NCBI RefSeq assembly: GCF_018977255.1
Contig: NW_024704742.1
Coordinates: forward strand, 36,954,001 to 37,018,000
Source of the DNA: Callorhinchus milii
Taxonomy: Eukaryota
Length of the DNA: 64,000 bases
Direction of reading: 5' to 3'
Shown here: one piece after another, positions 1 to 13,464 of the stretch
How the letters are laid out: each line of letters begins with the position of its first letter
Position numbering within the stretch: the first letter of the stretch is position 1
Notes under the pieces: model-generated
What the model was told of the DNA's origin: nothing
Database searches by the model: none
What the model saw: the letters and a program-made list of their open reading frames with translations, nothing else
Program-made: the position numbers and the translations under genes

Positions 1-1860
1 CCACCCTGTAAAACCTTATAGTGTTTAAGCATGGATTAATTGGATTTAGAAATATTTTGACAAATAGCTTTGAGGCATAGCAAAGATATAAGAGTCTGTG
101 TGGTGCAATGTTGGAGACAGTTAAGTAAGGAGATATTAGAGAGAACAGTAGAAACAGTCAGCTACACATGGGACATCTGCAGAGAATGCTGTAATTGTTC
201 AAGTTTGGGACAAGATGGTTCACCAAACCAGATGGGCTCCTGAACAAGCAGAAGCAAACCACATCAATCATTGCTGACAGAAAATTGCCTGTAATTTAAT
301 AAGTCGGTTAGTGACATACTCAACTGCAAAGGGAATAGGAGTTATTATAGGAAAATCTTTTGATCCCAGTTAAATGTATTAATCCAGTTCATTGTGATAA
401 AATAACTACTGTATATTTTGCATGCAGAAAAAAATAGAAAATAGTTCAATACAAATTTACATTTATATAGCTCCTTTCACATGGCGAGAATGCCTCAAGG
501 TGCTTAACAATCCTGGCTTGGTACACAAGCTGGGGTTGGAGCTGATGGGAGTGGGGAGGGGAAAGATGATCAAAGTGTGGTCAAAGAGGAAGGTCTTGAG
601 ACAAACGTTGAACAAGGTGAGGGAGCAAGCAAATTGGAGGGACTCCGGGATGGATGTGATGCACCTAATGCAGTGCTCAACAGGAAAATGACATGACAGC
701 TAGCCATGAATATTCTGATGGTCATTAATATCTATGCATTCTGGCTAAAGTGTACATAATGTCCATTGCCAAGGTAACATCTTGTAATGTACTTTCAGAC
801 TGACATTTGCAAACGCTCTAAATCTGATCTGAACCTTCTTTGGATCAGTTTTGTTGCCTGTGAAGGGTGCTGAAAGAGACCAAACTATATCTTTCCAGTT
901 GACTTGTGCAGGTAAACCCAGACCACTGTATCCAATTATAAGTCCATTGGCAGTGGTGACTGTGTCGCCGTGACACATGCACAGTGTGCTGCCATGCCCC
1001 AAGACACAATGTACTGTTCAGTCAAGATTTCCAATGGTTTATATCACAGTTAATCATATCCATAGTGCAGAGCCCTTACTAAAATTCAGCCCACTCTGAG
1101 TTAAACATAGCTCCAAGCAGACCTGCTTTGACCCAAACTCAAACCAGACTGATTTCAGCAAAGAACAGTTCAAGCGCAGCAAGAGAGATGCTGTGCAAGA
1201 GCATTAGTTTGCTGATGCTTGAAACTATTCCTGTCATAGTCTGAAAAATGGTTCTGAGTGTGGCATCATGTGATTCATTGCACATATGCATCAGATTGGA
1301 TTAAACAAGCCGCAGATTCTAATGATTACAATCCTTGCTCTCCTAATGCGTATTTCTGACTGTCTCTAACAACATTTCACTGCTCCACTATAAGATTATG
1401 GCTTAGCTAATGTATAAACCCTCCCGTCACACATTGTTAAGCAAGTTTTCTTAAGTTAATAAGGCATCTTTGATGCTGATTTCTATTTCTCATTTAACCT
1501 ATTGTGTCCCTTATGGGGCACCTCACTAAGAAGGATGGCAAGGCCATATAGAGGGTGCACAGGAGATTCACGGGGATGATCCCATAGAGGAGATTGTGTA
1601 GTGGTAATGTTAGACAAGAAAACCCATGGATTCAAATCTCGCTATGGCAGTTGTGTAATTTAAATTAAACAAAATTGGTAATTTGAGCTTCCAGCAGTTT
1701 TTACAACAATAATGCTGTATTATTGTAAAAACTTAATTGGTTCACTAATGCCATTCGGGGAAGAACATTGTCTGTACACAAAATATTTTTGTTCTCAAAA
1801 TATACGGTCAATTCACTACAGTGTAATCTTTGAAGCACTTTGAGACATCTCAAGGATGTG

Positions 1861-2182
1861 ATAATAATAATAATAATCCTTGCATTTGATATAGCGCTTT
1901 TCATGTCGGGAGGACGTCCCAAAGCGCTTCACAGAATAAACTGTAAAGTGAATTGACTGTATATTTGTGGGCAAACGCGGCAGCCAATTGCGCACAGCAA
2001 TGTCCCACAAACAGTCGTAGATTGAAAATAACCAATTTATTATTGTTTTTAGTTTTGGAGGGATTATTATTAGGCGTGTGGAGTAAGGAAACTTGCCCAA
2101 GGTTTCGCCCTCTGCCTGGAATTGAACTCAGGTCTCTCACTTGCAAAGCGAGTGCTCTAACCACTGAGCCACAGGACTCCAC
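1861..2182 (-). mobile_element. tRNA-derived SINE, short subfamily, full length
   Basis: tRNA-like head with A/B boxes at 2100-2182, shared body, L2-like tail and (TTA)n. Confidence 0.88.
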
Positions 2183-2514
2183 AGTCCAGTCAATAAGACA
2201 TTATATCAAATGCAAGGATTATTATTACACTGGACATTGGATCTGCCACCCATGGTCAGGATGGTCTTAAGCATGATAATGGTTTTGCATATGTGTCAGA
2301 CATCTAGCTGATCTAAAAATAATACGTCTTCAGTTCCATATTACTTGGTTGTTTTTACTGTCCTCTGAAATGACGTAGCAAGCCATGGCACTGGTTTAAA
2401 GAGAAAGGCAACTCCACCACTTTCGCAAGGCAATAAGTGTTGGCTCTGCCAGCATTATCCACATCCTGAGATGAGTATTTTAAAAAAAACAAGGTTTTGC
2501 TTTAAATGTGAGAA

Positions 2515-3010
2515 AATGGGGCTTTTTTCTCTAGATCAGAGGAGATTGAGAGGAGACTTGATAGAGGTGCCTGTCCTTATAAAGGGTTTGACGAGGTAAA
2601 GAGGGAAAAATGATATCCACTGCTCCATCAGTGGTCGAGATCTAGAGAGCAGAAATGTTAAGATAATTGCCAAAATAAAAGGAAGTGATTAGGGGAATAT
2701 TTTTATGCAGAGAGTTGTTAGGATGTGGATGCCCTACCTGGACCCGTAGTTGCTGCAGAATCCATGCAAGCCTTCAGAACCATAGAACTATAGAAATTTA
2801 CATTACAGAAGAATGCCATTTGGCCCATCGTGTCTGTGCCGACTCCCTCAAAAGCAGAATTAAATTAGCAGGTGGAATTGAATAAATACCTGAAAAGAAG
2901 AAATATTAAATGGTGCTTAGAAAAAGCAGGAGGATGGGAGGAAATTGATAGCTCTTTCAGAGTAAGTACAGGTACGATGGGCAGGCTAGTCTCAATGTGC
3001 TGTAACTTTC
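2515..3010 (+). mobile_element. Degenerate CR1-type LINE 3' end
   Basis: GLFSL..RRLRGDLIEV-like translation typical of the CR1 ORF2 end. Confidence 0.65.
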
Positions 3011-3199
3011 CATGGTTCTAGGTTATGTTTTCCTGCATTATTTGACCATGAGATTAATGATTGACTTTTTTGCCCCATCCACTGGTCACAGGACAAAAGG
3101 ACCAGATGTTCAGGGTTCCAACTTTAGGATAGACACCAGGAAGTATTTCTTTACACAAGGGAAAGCAACAGCCTAAAGGTTGCCAGGAACGGTGGTTAA

Positions 3200-3746
3200 T
3201 AATAATAATAATTAATAATAATAATCCTTGCATTTGATAGAGCACTTTTCACGTCTTCTAGACGTCTCAAAGCGCTTCACAGAATATACTGTAAAGTGAA
3301 TCGACTGTATACTTGTGGGTGAAACGCAGCAGCCAATTGTGCACAGCAGCGTCCCACACACAGTCGTGAATTGAAGTGACCAATTTTAATAATCCTTGTA
3401 TTTGATATAGTGTTTTATCACGTCTTTGAGACATCTCAAAATGCTTCACAGAATATACTGTAAAGTGAATTGACTGTACATTTTATGGGCAAAACACAGC
3501 AGCCAATTGCAGACATCAATGTCCCACAAACAGTCATGGATTGAGTGAACAATTTTTTTAAAGGCATTATTACTCCTGGAAAAGCGATCCGTCAATCGAC
3601 TGACAACCGGGTTCCTACTTACTGCTAGGTAAACAGAGGCAAGTGGAGTAAGGAAACTTGCCCAACATTTCGCCCTGCCTGGGAATCGAACCAGGTCCTC
3701 TCGCTTGTGGAGCGAGTGCTCCTACCACTGAGCTACAGGACTCTAC
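3200..3746 (-). mobile_element. Tandem SINEs: tail fragment (3200-3385) plus full long-subfamily copy (3386-3746)
   Basis: two successive copies of the shared body/tail; second has the central segment and tRNA head. Confidence 0.85.
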
Positions 3747-6654
3747 AATGCCAGGACAATGTACTCATTTAAAACATCCTGATGCTGTAATCAGAAGATG
3801 ATAGTGTGGGTGTCCTGTAAGGCTGAGATCTGATAGACCAAAGAGCTTTCTTCAACCTAACCTCTCCCCATCTATACCATGTAATAAAAGAGAAAGAACT
3901 TGAACTTGTATCTTTCTTGTAATTTCACTGTAAGTAGAGTATAATGGCAGCTCGGTAAAAACAATATTGTCGATGGGAATTGCAAGGTGTTCCTTGACAT
4001 TATCCTATGTGAAGACACTATATAAATGCAAGTAGTAGTGATGGTTGTTATTCTAAAATAAATCATTCAACTGATAATTTTGAACCAAACTAATCATAGA
4101 CCAAATATAGGGAATCTAGCAAAATGGCACGACAGCAGTGAGAGTGGTGTGAAGAAGAGCAGCATTGTTAATTTTAAGTTGTAAACACTTCAGCTGGGGT
4201 ATCAGTAGAGTTTTGAGTCAAAGTGTCCCTAAGCTAGAGATAGATCCTGCTCCTCATTATGCTGTAATGCCCTTGTTGGAAAATGATGCATATGGACAAA
4301 AGGTGAGAATGGAATGGGGCTTGACGGATCTCCCCTACGATTAAGAGTGAAGAATGACATCTCCATGATTGAGTCGTGTGAAGTTTGATCAGTTGAGTGA
4401 GAAAGGAGACAGCAGTGTTCACAAAACTCCCCCATTATGATTCGTCACTTGGGTACAATGTGTGGAGGGGGAGGGGAAGAAAACCCATATAATTAAAAAC
4501 TTAGCGTTGAGGCCGATTCAAAGATTAACTCCAGAGAGATCAGAAACCCATGTGGGGGTGTTTCCAATCAGATACCCATGTCGGTATCTCCAATCAGACA
4601 TGTACCTGATACAGATGGATACTTTGGCGGTTGTATTGCATTGTTTCCTCTGTTCTAGGGAAAGGAACATATAAGGGGCTTAATTTGCAATATCCAGAAA
4701 GGCTCCCTATGTGAAATTTGACATGTGGTGGGGTAATGTTGGATTCTGAAATTGGCAGCTGGTGAGTTGTGAATGTATAGCAACAAAGTCTGAAAAGGGC
4801 TGGTGGCCGTTTACTTTTTCCGGACGGTGAAAGCTTGGGATTCACAGTCTTATAATTCCAAAGTAGAAGTTGCAATTAACCCAACAAGTCTGCTTTGTGA
4901 ATAATGCATTTTAGACCCTTTGTGTTTGCATTTTTGTCTTGTCACTGGATGTAGTGTTTAAAGAAGCCCCCGTCCTGACCCTCCACCTCGCTCGGGTCCA
5001 AATCCTTGACTGTCCAGCGCCTTGGGATGTCCTCATAACTTAAAAGCGCTATACAAAAATAATTTTGGATTGTATTGCAAATCTAACAACCAAATAGACA
5101 AGGAAACAGTTGTATAGGATATTTTGACCATGATGATACCACTAGAAGTGAAAATTAAGTCAATGTGACAGCATAAGAGTAATTTTTTTAAAACAAATAT
5201 TTTCCCACCCTCCAGTTCTGCCCCTATATCCCAATGATGCTGCGTTAGATCTCTATCAGTAACACGTTATTGACAGCTGCTGAAACCAACACAGCCTATG
5301 ACTCAGGCATCTATTGCAGGTCGATTGCTAAAAATAGCAATCTTTTTATTATTTGTTATCGATTTCGCATGACAGTATAAATATAGAACATTGGGAATCG
5401 AAGTTGCAGGCTTACATTGACCTCTAATCAGTCATTCACTGCATTCACTGCGCTGTTTTGGCTCTTGAAGCACTGCACAAAATCATGTTAATACACATTA
5501 TTGAGCACTGCAAGATGTTACCCTATGTGAAGGGTGTTATATAAATGAAAATTGTTGTTGTTAAAACCTAGTAAATTTCACAGTTGAGTGCACCTTAAAA
5601 CTATTAGTTAATAATCAAAAGGACTTTGTCCTTTAAATTGCTGATTGTATTGCTTGGTATACCTTGAATTTCAAACAGGGAAAACAGTGTTTTAACACAC
5701 CAGGGTCTGTAAGTTGATCAACGTTTAGAGCATCAGTGCCCTGCCCACCCCCCACCCCCCCACTGTGACTTGTTGCTGCCTTAACATGGCTGGTTTTAAG
5801 TGAGAAGAACCATTTTGTGGGAAAATCAGTGCACATGTAGTTGCAGAGATGCTCAGTGTAAAAGTGTCTGAAATGGTAGGAAGTATATTCATACAGCAGA
5901 GAGAGAACAGAGAGCTGCAAGCAGACTATTGAACCAGCCTCCCCCAAAAGTTAAGCTCAAGTTTAGAACTATTTTACAGCATTGTCAGACTGCTTTCTGC
6001 TCCTGCTCAGACAGTGCTGTCTGTTCCCCAGACCTGGTCTAACTCAGCTTTGTTGTTTACGCAGGGTTATTTGAAATACTGTTTCCTACTCACACCCTGC
6101 TATTAGGGGTGGAAACTGATGGTTCCAAAAAGCCATGCCTAACTTTCCTCTATCTCTTATTGAAATTGGTGGTCACCTTTCTACATAAGCTTGGTTTTGA
6201 CCTATCATTCACCTTTTGTCTGATCCCACAGATAACCACATAATCCAAATGTTTATCCTGGAGTGCCGCATTTCACATATTATTGTTTAAGCCGGGTGGC
6301 TGCATCTCAAGTCATGTAATTACTTCTGACAACCCTGCCACTCAGTCCCTGAAATTATAAAAGGAAACCACTTTCAAACTGGTTCCGATCAAAAAGCAAC
6401 AATGAAACGATTTTGTGTGAATGACAGGAAATGGGTTTTGCTAGTATGCTATTGCTGAAGAAGGGATTTGGGCTGGATCGTCAAATGTAAGCTAGGCCCA
6501 CAGACCATTGCATTAATCACGTGGAAGAGAAAGCCATACTATAGGTTGGCTCACATTGGTGTTATCTGTTACAGATGTGTTACCATGATGTGACACTGGT
6601 AGTTACAGGTCAGTATTAGTGATAGTTAATGCCAGTATTAGTGGTAATTAGTGG

Positions 6655-7026
6655 TCGACGGTCTCCTCAGTTCCACCATTCAAAAAATCCCAGCTTATTC
6701 AGAACTCTGTCGCCTGCATACTGACCCGGACCAATCTCCGTACCCCCATCTCACCAGTTCTGGCCAGGCTCCACTGACTCCCCATCACCAAACAGATCGA
6801 CTTCAGGATCCCCACACTCGTGTTCAAATCCATTCACTTCCTGGCACCTCCCTACCTCTCCGACCTCCTCACTCCTCAATCCACCATCCGGTGCCTCCGC
6901 TCGACTGGTATCGCCTCCTGCTTGTATCTTGCACCCTCTGGCCCACCACCCGAAGACCCGCTAAGCGCTCTGAGACTCTTCCCTGCATGGAGGATGCGAT
7001 ATAAGTGCAAGTTGTTGTTGTTGCTG
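6655..7026 (+). mobile_element. Degenerate L2 3' fragment
   Basis: FKSIHFLAPPYLSDLLTP resembles L2 ORF2 end; (TTG)n tail. Confidence 0.75.
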
Positions 7027-9474
7027 TTTGAAGCACATAGTTTGAGCAGCAGCAGCTGCTTACATCTCTGCACACCAATCAAGGTGGTAATTTCTTTATA
7101 CTCTTCCTACCCCCGTCACTTTGTCATTTGTAATTTACAGCCATTTTGATAGTTAGAGGTCCATGTGGTATTGAAATATCTGAGGTTACATGCCTATACT
7201 GACCTTCTTAGGCTCATACCAATGTCTCTTCAGCTCTGGGTCTGACCCCTCAACCTTCCAGGCTTCTCTCTGAAACTCACTGAAACAGTACGCTACTTTA
7301 ATGCCCAGTTTGATTCTTGACTCTCCTTTCTCCTTCACATCCAGTCCCTTACCAAGACTGGTTTTCTTCATGCCCGCCTCTGCCCCTATCTCACACCAAA
7401 CCTGCTGAATCCCTTATCCACCCTTCCATTACCTCCTTTTCAAATGCAGTCGACTTTTCAAATGCAGTCTCCTTAGCTCCATCATCCACAAGCTGCAATT
7501 TATATTAATAATAATCCTTGCATTTGATATAGCGCCTTATCATGTCTTTGAGACGTCTCAAAGCACTTCACAGAATATACTGTAAAGTGGAGTGACTGTA
7601 TATTGTGGGAGAAACCTGGTAGCCATTTGTGAACAGCAATGCCCCACAAACAGTCATGGATTGAGTGACCAGTTTATTAGTATTATTTATTGATTTATTT
7701 AGTGAGCAAGGGAAGGAGGGAGGGAGCGAACAAATGAGTGACGGAAGGAGTGAGTAAACAATGGAGTGAGCGAGTGATTGAACGAGGGAGGGATAATAAT
7801 AATAATGACAACAATTCTTGCATTTGATACAGTGCCTTTTCACCTTTTTATCCCAAACTCCACCACTTCCATCCTCATCTGCAGCAAACTCCACACACCC
7901 ATCAGTCCAATCCCTGACAGGTTCCATTAGTTACCAATCTTTCAGTCTCTAAAGCAGGTTGCTTGCAAGGTCCTCACCCTCACCTACAAATCCCTTCAAA
8001 CTTCACGCCCTCTCCACTTGACTAACTTGGATTACCTGCACTTCCCCTGCCCTTTCCACAACATTATCTGTGGTCAAGCCTCCAGATTCTACACCTCTAA
8101 CCTCTGGAATTCAATCCCTCTACCCCTACACTTTGCACCCTCTATCTGTCTTTAATTCCCTCCCTAAAACCTACATCTTCGTGCCTATGGTCACCTTTTA
8201 CCTCCCTCGCTCCCTCTCCCCTGCTTGGCATCCGACCCGTCATTGTAAACTGCTCTGAGACGTTATCCTACTTGTAGGTGTTTCAATCACAAAATACAGT
8301 CAATTTACTTTACAGTATATTCTGTGAAGCGCTTTGAGAAGTCTCAAAGATGTGATAAGGGGCTATATCAAATGCAAGGATTATTATTATAAATGGAACT
8401 TGCTGTTGTTATACAATTAGGAAAAGCCCTCTGCATGAGATTTTCACTTGGCTTTATTAACATTACACAAGGATTTTTTTAATAAAAAATGTACGGAGCA
8501 AATAGAAATAAAGGACTTTCATCCAAGTGAACATCATCAGACGTTTAGTATCTTGGTTTATAGACCCAATCAGGAACGTGGATGTAGAACAACAAGCAAG
8601 AACAGTAGCACTGACCTGGACCAAGTCTAATAATATATTTATTGCGAGTTTGTACAACAATAGAAGTCAGCTTACTGTGCTCTGCATTCCTACCAGTGAC
8701 AAGACTTTAAACTGTTGGGCTGTTTGCATTGCAATTACGATTGATGCTAAGCACAATTTATGAGACAAGAGAGCATCGTGTAAGTGAATATCAAATCATA
8801 CTTTGACCTTCGTTCTCACGGTCTCCCAACACTATGTAGGGCAAGTCAACTACCCAGAGATGCTTAAGAGCAGCTTCAAATGAGTTTTCTTCTCTGTGGG
8901 GCATCTCCCACAGCACCACAATGAGATAGGAAACTTGGAAATATAAAGGATGTAACTTACTCTTTCACTGCTTCACTGCCTGTGAGAACATTAGTTCTCT
9001 AACTCATCCCTCCAACAGTCAACTTCATTCACATGTAAAAGCTAGAGATTAGCAGCACTGTGTGAACAGTTCAAATTCAGAACGTAAATGAATAATCAAG
9101 GCAGAGAAACAGTTCAACATGGAAGCGGTTGGATAATGCCAGGTCTGGGTTTAAATCACAATTGATTAGAAGATGAAGTGAAGATTACAGGAGGATACAA
9201 TACCAGAATCAGATTCCCCATTGCTCACTCAATTGAGTGATTTCTGCTGGATAGTGTATATGTATATATTTGTGGGTGTGTGGTATGCGTGTCTGTATAT
9301 GTAGGTGTGTGTGTGAATGTATGTCAGTGCCAGGTGAAGACAGGATAAGACTCTGCTCTGAATCTCTTTCACAGCTGAATAACCTGACATTCACTGTTCA
9401 GGCTTGTGGGACCATTCCATGACATACGTTAGCACTTTTGGTGGAGGGGAGAAAATCTAAACAAATACAATACA

Positions 9475-9755
9475 AAATTACATTTATAAAACGCCTTTCA
9501 CGTTGGGAGGATGTCCCAAGATGCTGAACAGTTGGGGATTAGGACCTGAGTGGGGGGGGGTTGGGGGGGGATGATAGTGATCAGGGAGGGTGAAGGACAG
9601 AGAGGGTAGGAGGGTGGCCGAAGGCACGGTCGAAGAGTAGAGACTTGAGGTGTGCCTTAAAAGTGGCAAGGGAGGGAGCGAGGCAGAGGGAATATGGGAT
9701 AGATTTCCAGAGGGTGGGGGCAGAGAGGCTGACGGCCTGATGGTGGGGCGGACCG
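9475..9755 (-). mobile_element. L2 3' fragment
   Basis: similar to 38365-38705 including tail. Confidence 0.65.
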
Positions 9756-9814
9756 GGCGGGGTTTAATAAACAAAGTCTGTTTATTTCAGCTGTTTCTAG
9801 CAGAGTTCCTTTTA

Positions 9815-10205
9815 TTAGTAATAATTAGTAATAATCATCCTTCGATTTGGTATGTTGCCTTATCACATCGGAAGGATGTCTCAACGCACTTCACTGGATT
9901 TACTGTGAAGCGAAGTGACTGTATTTGTAGGCAAATGCAGCAGCACAATTGGACCCAGCAACGTCCCACAAACGGCCATGAAATGAGGGATCAATTTTAT
10001 TTGGGGGATTGTTGGCCAGGACACCGGGAGAAACTCCCTTCTTTTTTCGAATAGTGCCCTGGGATCTTTAACGTCTGCCTGAATAGGCAGATGGAACATC
10101 GGTTTAACATCTCATCTGAAGGACAGAACCTCCAACAATTCAACACCTCCCCAGCATTGCATTTGAGCATCAGCTTAGACTATGTGAGGCCAAATACTGA
10201 CGTGG
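9815..10205 (-). mobile_element. Deu-domain-type SINE
   Basis: reverse complement similarity to 51620-51970. Confidence 0.72.
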
Positions 10206-10730
10206 GATAACAGAGAATAACAGAGCAATGAAACTCGGGGCAGTGGAAACAACAGTTTAGTACTGAATAACAAGTATGTTCTAGTAATTGCTGGAGATGG
10301 ACCTGGACCAGTAAAATAAGTGACCCTCTCGCACTTTTTTAACTCCAAAGTTTTATTTTGAAAAGTGATCATTTTAATGTGTCCAGTAAAACCACTATTA
10401 ATAACAAAACATAATGTCACTCCCCATTCAGGTGGGAAAGAATTTGAGTGTACAATTAAACAGGAGGAGGTTCTGAAACAATAGTAGTTGGATTCATTTT
10501 AACAAAAATGCACTGGATTCCCCCTTTTTTTTGTAATGGTGATGGGGTAACAATGAGTTAATATATTGGCAGCTAATCTTATGGGGTATTTTTTCGCCCC
10601 AGGAAATGTAATCTGCTGCCTGCTTTCAGATAACACTGGTTACAGTACAAAGGTTTACATTGTTGAATCATGAACTATTGAGCATTGAGGTGAATGTGTT
10701 CAGCATGGAATCAGGGGTTGATCAATTACC

Positions 10731-11329
10731 TAAGCAAGACCATGGAATCTAATGTCAACGCATCTATTTATTCTTAAGGACACAAGCGTTGTATGTTTGA
10801 CAATAGTTTGACCGTGATTTGCTAATCATCCAATTTGTCTTTTCCTCCTTTTTCATACAGTTATAATTATACAGCGTTTATGGGGTTTGTCTTCATAACG
10901 TCGGTATAGTTTTTAAAACAAGAAAATCTGTAGAAATGAAATACATTGTACATTTTATGGTATTCATAAACACTTAATAATTTGAATGAAACAAATCATT
11001 ATCTTGTTTATATGAAGCTACTGTTGACTGGATTGTTGAACCATATTCAGCTAATTTGTTGGAATGCACAATATGTCAACAGCTAGATTGCAATGCTATC
11101 TAATCACCAAGACACAAGAATGTGTCAACAAGTGAACAAGACTGATTGATAACCAGCCTAACAAAAGCCATAAAGTGAATGCCTACTATTTTTAATTCTA
11201 GTAATTAATAATAGCATTTTAATTCAAATAAGATGATTAGCAAATCACCATCAAACTTGTCAAACATGCAACGCTTGTGTCCTCAAGAGAAAATAGATGT
11301 GGTGACATTAGATTTTGTGGTCTTGCTTA
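10731..11329. mobile_element. MITE-like element with about 105-bp terminal inverted repeats
   Basis: 10731-10837 is an imperfect reverse complement of 11225-11329; AT-rich non-coding interior. Confidence 0.7.
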
Positions 11330-12069
11330 TCTGTCAACAGCTGCCTTGCTGTTGACAGATCAGAGAAAGCAGTCACTAATGGACAGACAGTGTGTGTGGC
11401 AGATTATACTGCAGTTACTCTGGTGCTGAAATTCCCTTCTTTATTTTCTGTTGCAAGAGCAGAAAACCAAGTTCCTCAGTAGTGCACTAGTAAACAATCC
11501 ATAATTACTTGCAGGAAAAAGAACTTAATATATGTGTGTCCTATTTTACGTATATGTAATAATAATAATCCTTACATTTGGTATAAATCCCTTTCACATC
11601 AGAAGAAGATATTCCGAAGTGGTTCACAGGAAATACTGTAAAGTGGACTGACTGTATATTTTGTGTTTTGTGGGTGCATGTAGCAACCAGTTTGCACACA
11701 GCAATATCTCACAAGCAGCCATGAAGTGGATTACCAATTTTATTTATAGTGCTGTCTATTTAAGCAGTGCATTATTCAACCCACTTTGAAATCTCTTATA
11801 ATAACTCAAAAAATGTAATCTGATCTGGAGCTAAATGTGTCATCTCTACAAAACAGCAAGAGTTCCTCAATAGCATGAACAAAGACTTAACAAATTAAAT
11901 ACAGTGTAGACCAGTTACAAGGCAGTGTTTGGGATCTGTAAAATTCTAACCCATGTTATTATCAGTAATGGGTTTCCCTGCATGTGTAGTCAAGGTTTCC
12001 ATTCTAAAAGAGGCCCATGACCTGTCTGAGGGATTGCTTTGAAATAACCTGTTATTTGCTTTGTTTCAG

Positions 12070-12202
12070 TAATACAGATGTACACACTGTTGCCTCTTTA
12101 CTGAAGCTATACCTGCGAGAGCTGCCTGAGCCTGTCATCCCCTACGCTAAATATGATGAGTTCCTCTCCTCTGCCAAACTGTTCACCAAGGACGAAGAGA
12201 AT
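12070..12202 (+). CDS. ARHGAP24: ARHGAP24 internal coding exon (RhoGAP domain, [25 protein letters not shown]...KDEEN); upstream exons lie outside the window
   Basis: ttgtttcAG acceptor, GTaaga donor at 12203; 133 nt; contains the RhoGAP signature [14 protein letters not shown]; phase joins next exon. Confidence 0.95.
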
Positions 12203-13036
12203 GTAAGAATTCCATCTGCATTTTCTCTGAACTGATCCTGAGATTTACACAAAAGCTGGCTCCATCCATTTGGACATTTCCTTCTTTCCTTATCTATCTA
12301 CGGACATATTTAATTAACTTGCATGTGTTATATGCATGTGTTCTGTGACAAATGTATGTGTCACAGTACACAACTAGTGTGTATAGATGGATATAGCTAC
12401 TGTGGATATCACTGACTGTAAGGAGAGTTTCTCACTGGCAGCCAGGAGTGGTGCTGCCCCTGTTATAAGAGAATCATGTGCCCTTTAAAATAAATTAGCC
12501 CAGTCAGATGGCAGTGAGCCTGAGGGAGAGAGCGTTTTTCTCTGTTTACTGTGATCTGTTACATCTTTTATCACTGAAAGAGGGAATGCCCGTTGCATGA
12601 CAGAAATACAAACAACAAATTGCATTTATATAGCGCCTTTCTGGTCTGGAGGACGTCCCAAGTCGCTGGATAGATGAGGGTTTGCACCCAAGCTAGAGGT
12701 TGGATTCGGGAGGGGTGGAGGACGAGTAGAGTCGGGGTCAGGGGGGTGGGGTCAGTAATGGAGCATAGGGGGCAAAAATGGGATAATTTGGGAGGGGGTT
12801 GGCAGTTCAGGGGCAGCAGCCAAAATGCGCACGTCCAGACATGCTTCTGATCACAATGCATGAAAGGCACTGTAAACCAACTCCTATTATTGCTATAATT
12901 GTAACCTTGATTTCAAATAGCTGCATTTACCGAGTTATGAAGGCATGTATTCAATGATGTGTAATGAATCCAGCAACAACCTATTGAAGGTAACATCTCA
13001 AGTAATTTGGTGTTGACCTCTTTCCATTTCTTTCAG

Positions 13037-13110
13037 GGGATGAAGGAACTAACTAAACAAGTGAAGACACTTCCCCCAGTCAACTTCAACTTGCTAAAGT
13101 ACACCTGCAG
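13037..13110 (+). CDS. ARHGAP24: ARHGAP24 coding exon (GMKELTKQVKTLPPVNFNLLKYTC-R), not in ORF track
   Basis: tttctttcAG acceptor, GTaaac donor; 74 nt; translated by hand; keeps frame between flanking exons. Confidence 0.93.
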
Positions 13111-13342
13111 GTAAACCTGAATATTGTGTGTATATCAAGTGAATTGACCTTCGTTCAGTGATGGGATTTCGCACAAAATTATCTTATGGATTAAAAAATA
13201 ATAACCCCTGTACTGTAGCACATTTCCCAAACCAAAGTGTGTTATGTGATAATGCATGTGGCCGGCAGTAGGAAGCAGTGAACATAGCTATATAGATATA
13301 GAACCTAGCTGCTCTATGTAAACCCTGTTTGCTTCTTCACAG

Positions 13343-13464
13343 GTTCTTGGATGAGGTGCAGTCTTACTCCGACATAAACAAAATGAGCGTTCAGAATCTA
13401 GCGACAGTGTTTGGTCCAAACATACTGCGACCAAAGATTGAGGACCCAGTCACTATTATGGAAG
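13343..13464 (+). CDS. ARHGAP24: ARHGAP24 coding exon ([40 protein letters not shown])
   Basis: cttcacAG acceptor, GTaaat donor; 122 nt; RhoGAP C-terminal motif [19 protein letters not shown]. Confidence 0.95.

Noticed and set aside
2100..2182. tRNA-Ala-like sequences (also about 17930-18004, 50783-50860, 58365-58438)
   Set aside because: They are SINE heads joined to SINE bodies, with a poor acceptor stem; not called as tRNA genes.
1816..2270. Recurrent short ORFs ending [11 protein letters not shown] or similar (also at 20158, 22743, 46708, 58003)
   Set aside because: Chance translations of the same SINE consensus, not a protein family.
1..12069. Search for further upstream ARHGAP24 exons (PH domain, GIFGQ...FRLPG)
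   Set aside because: No recognisable coding segment found by eye; treated as intron, although a short or alternative first exon cannot be excluded.
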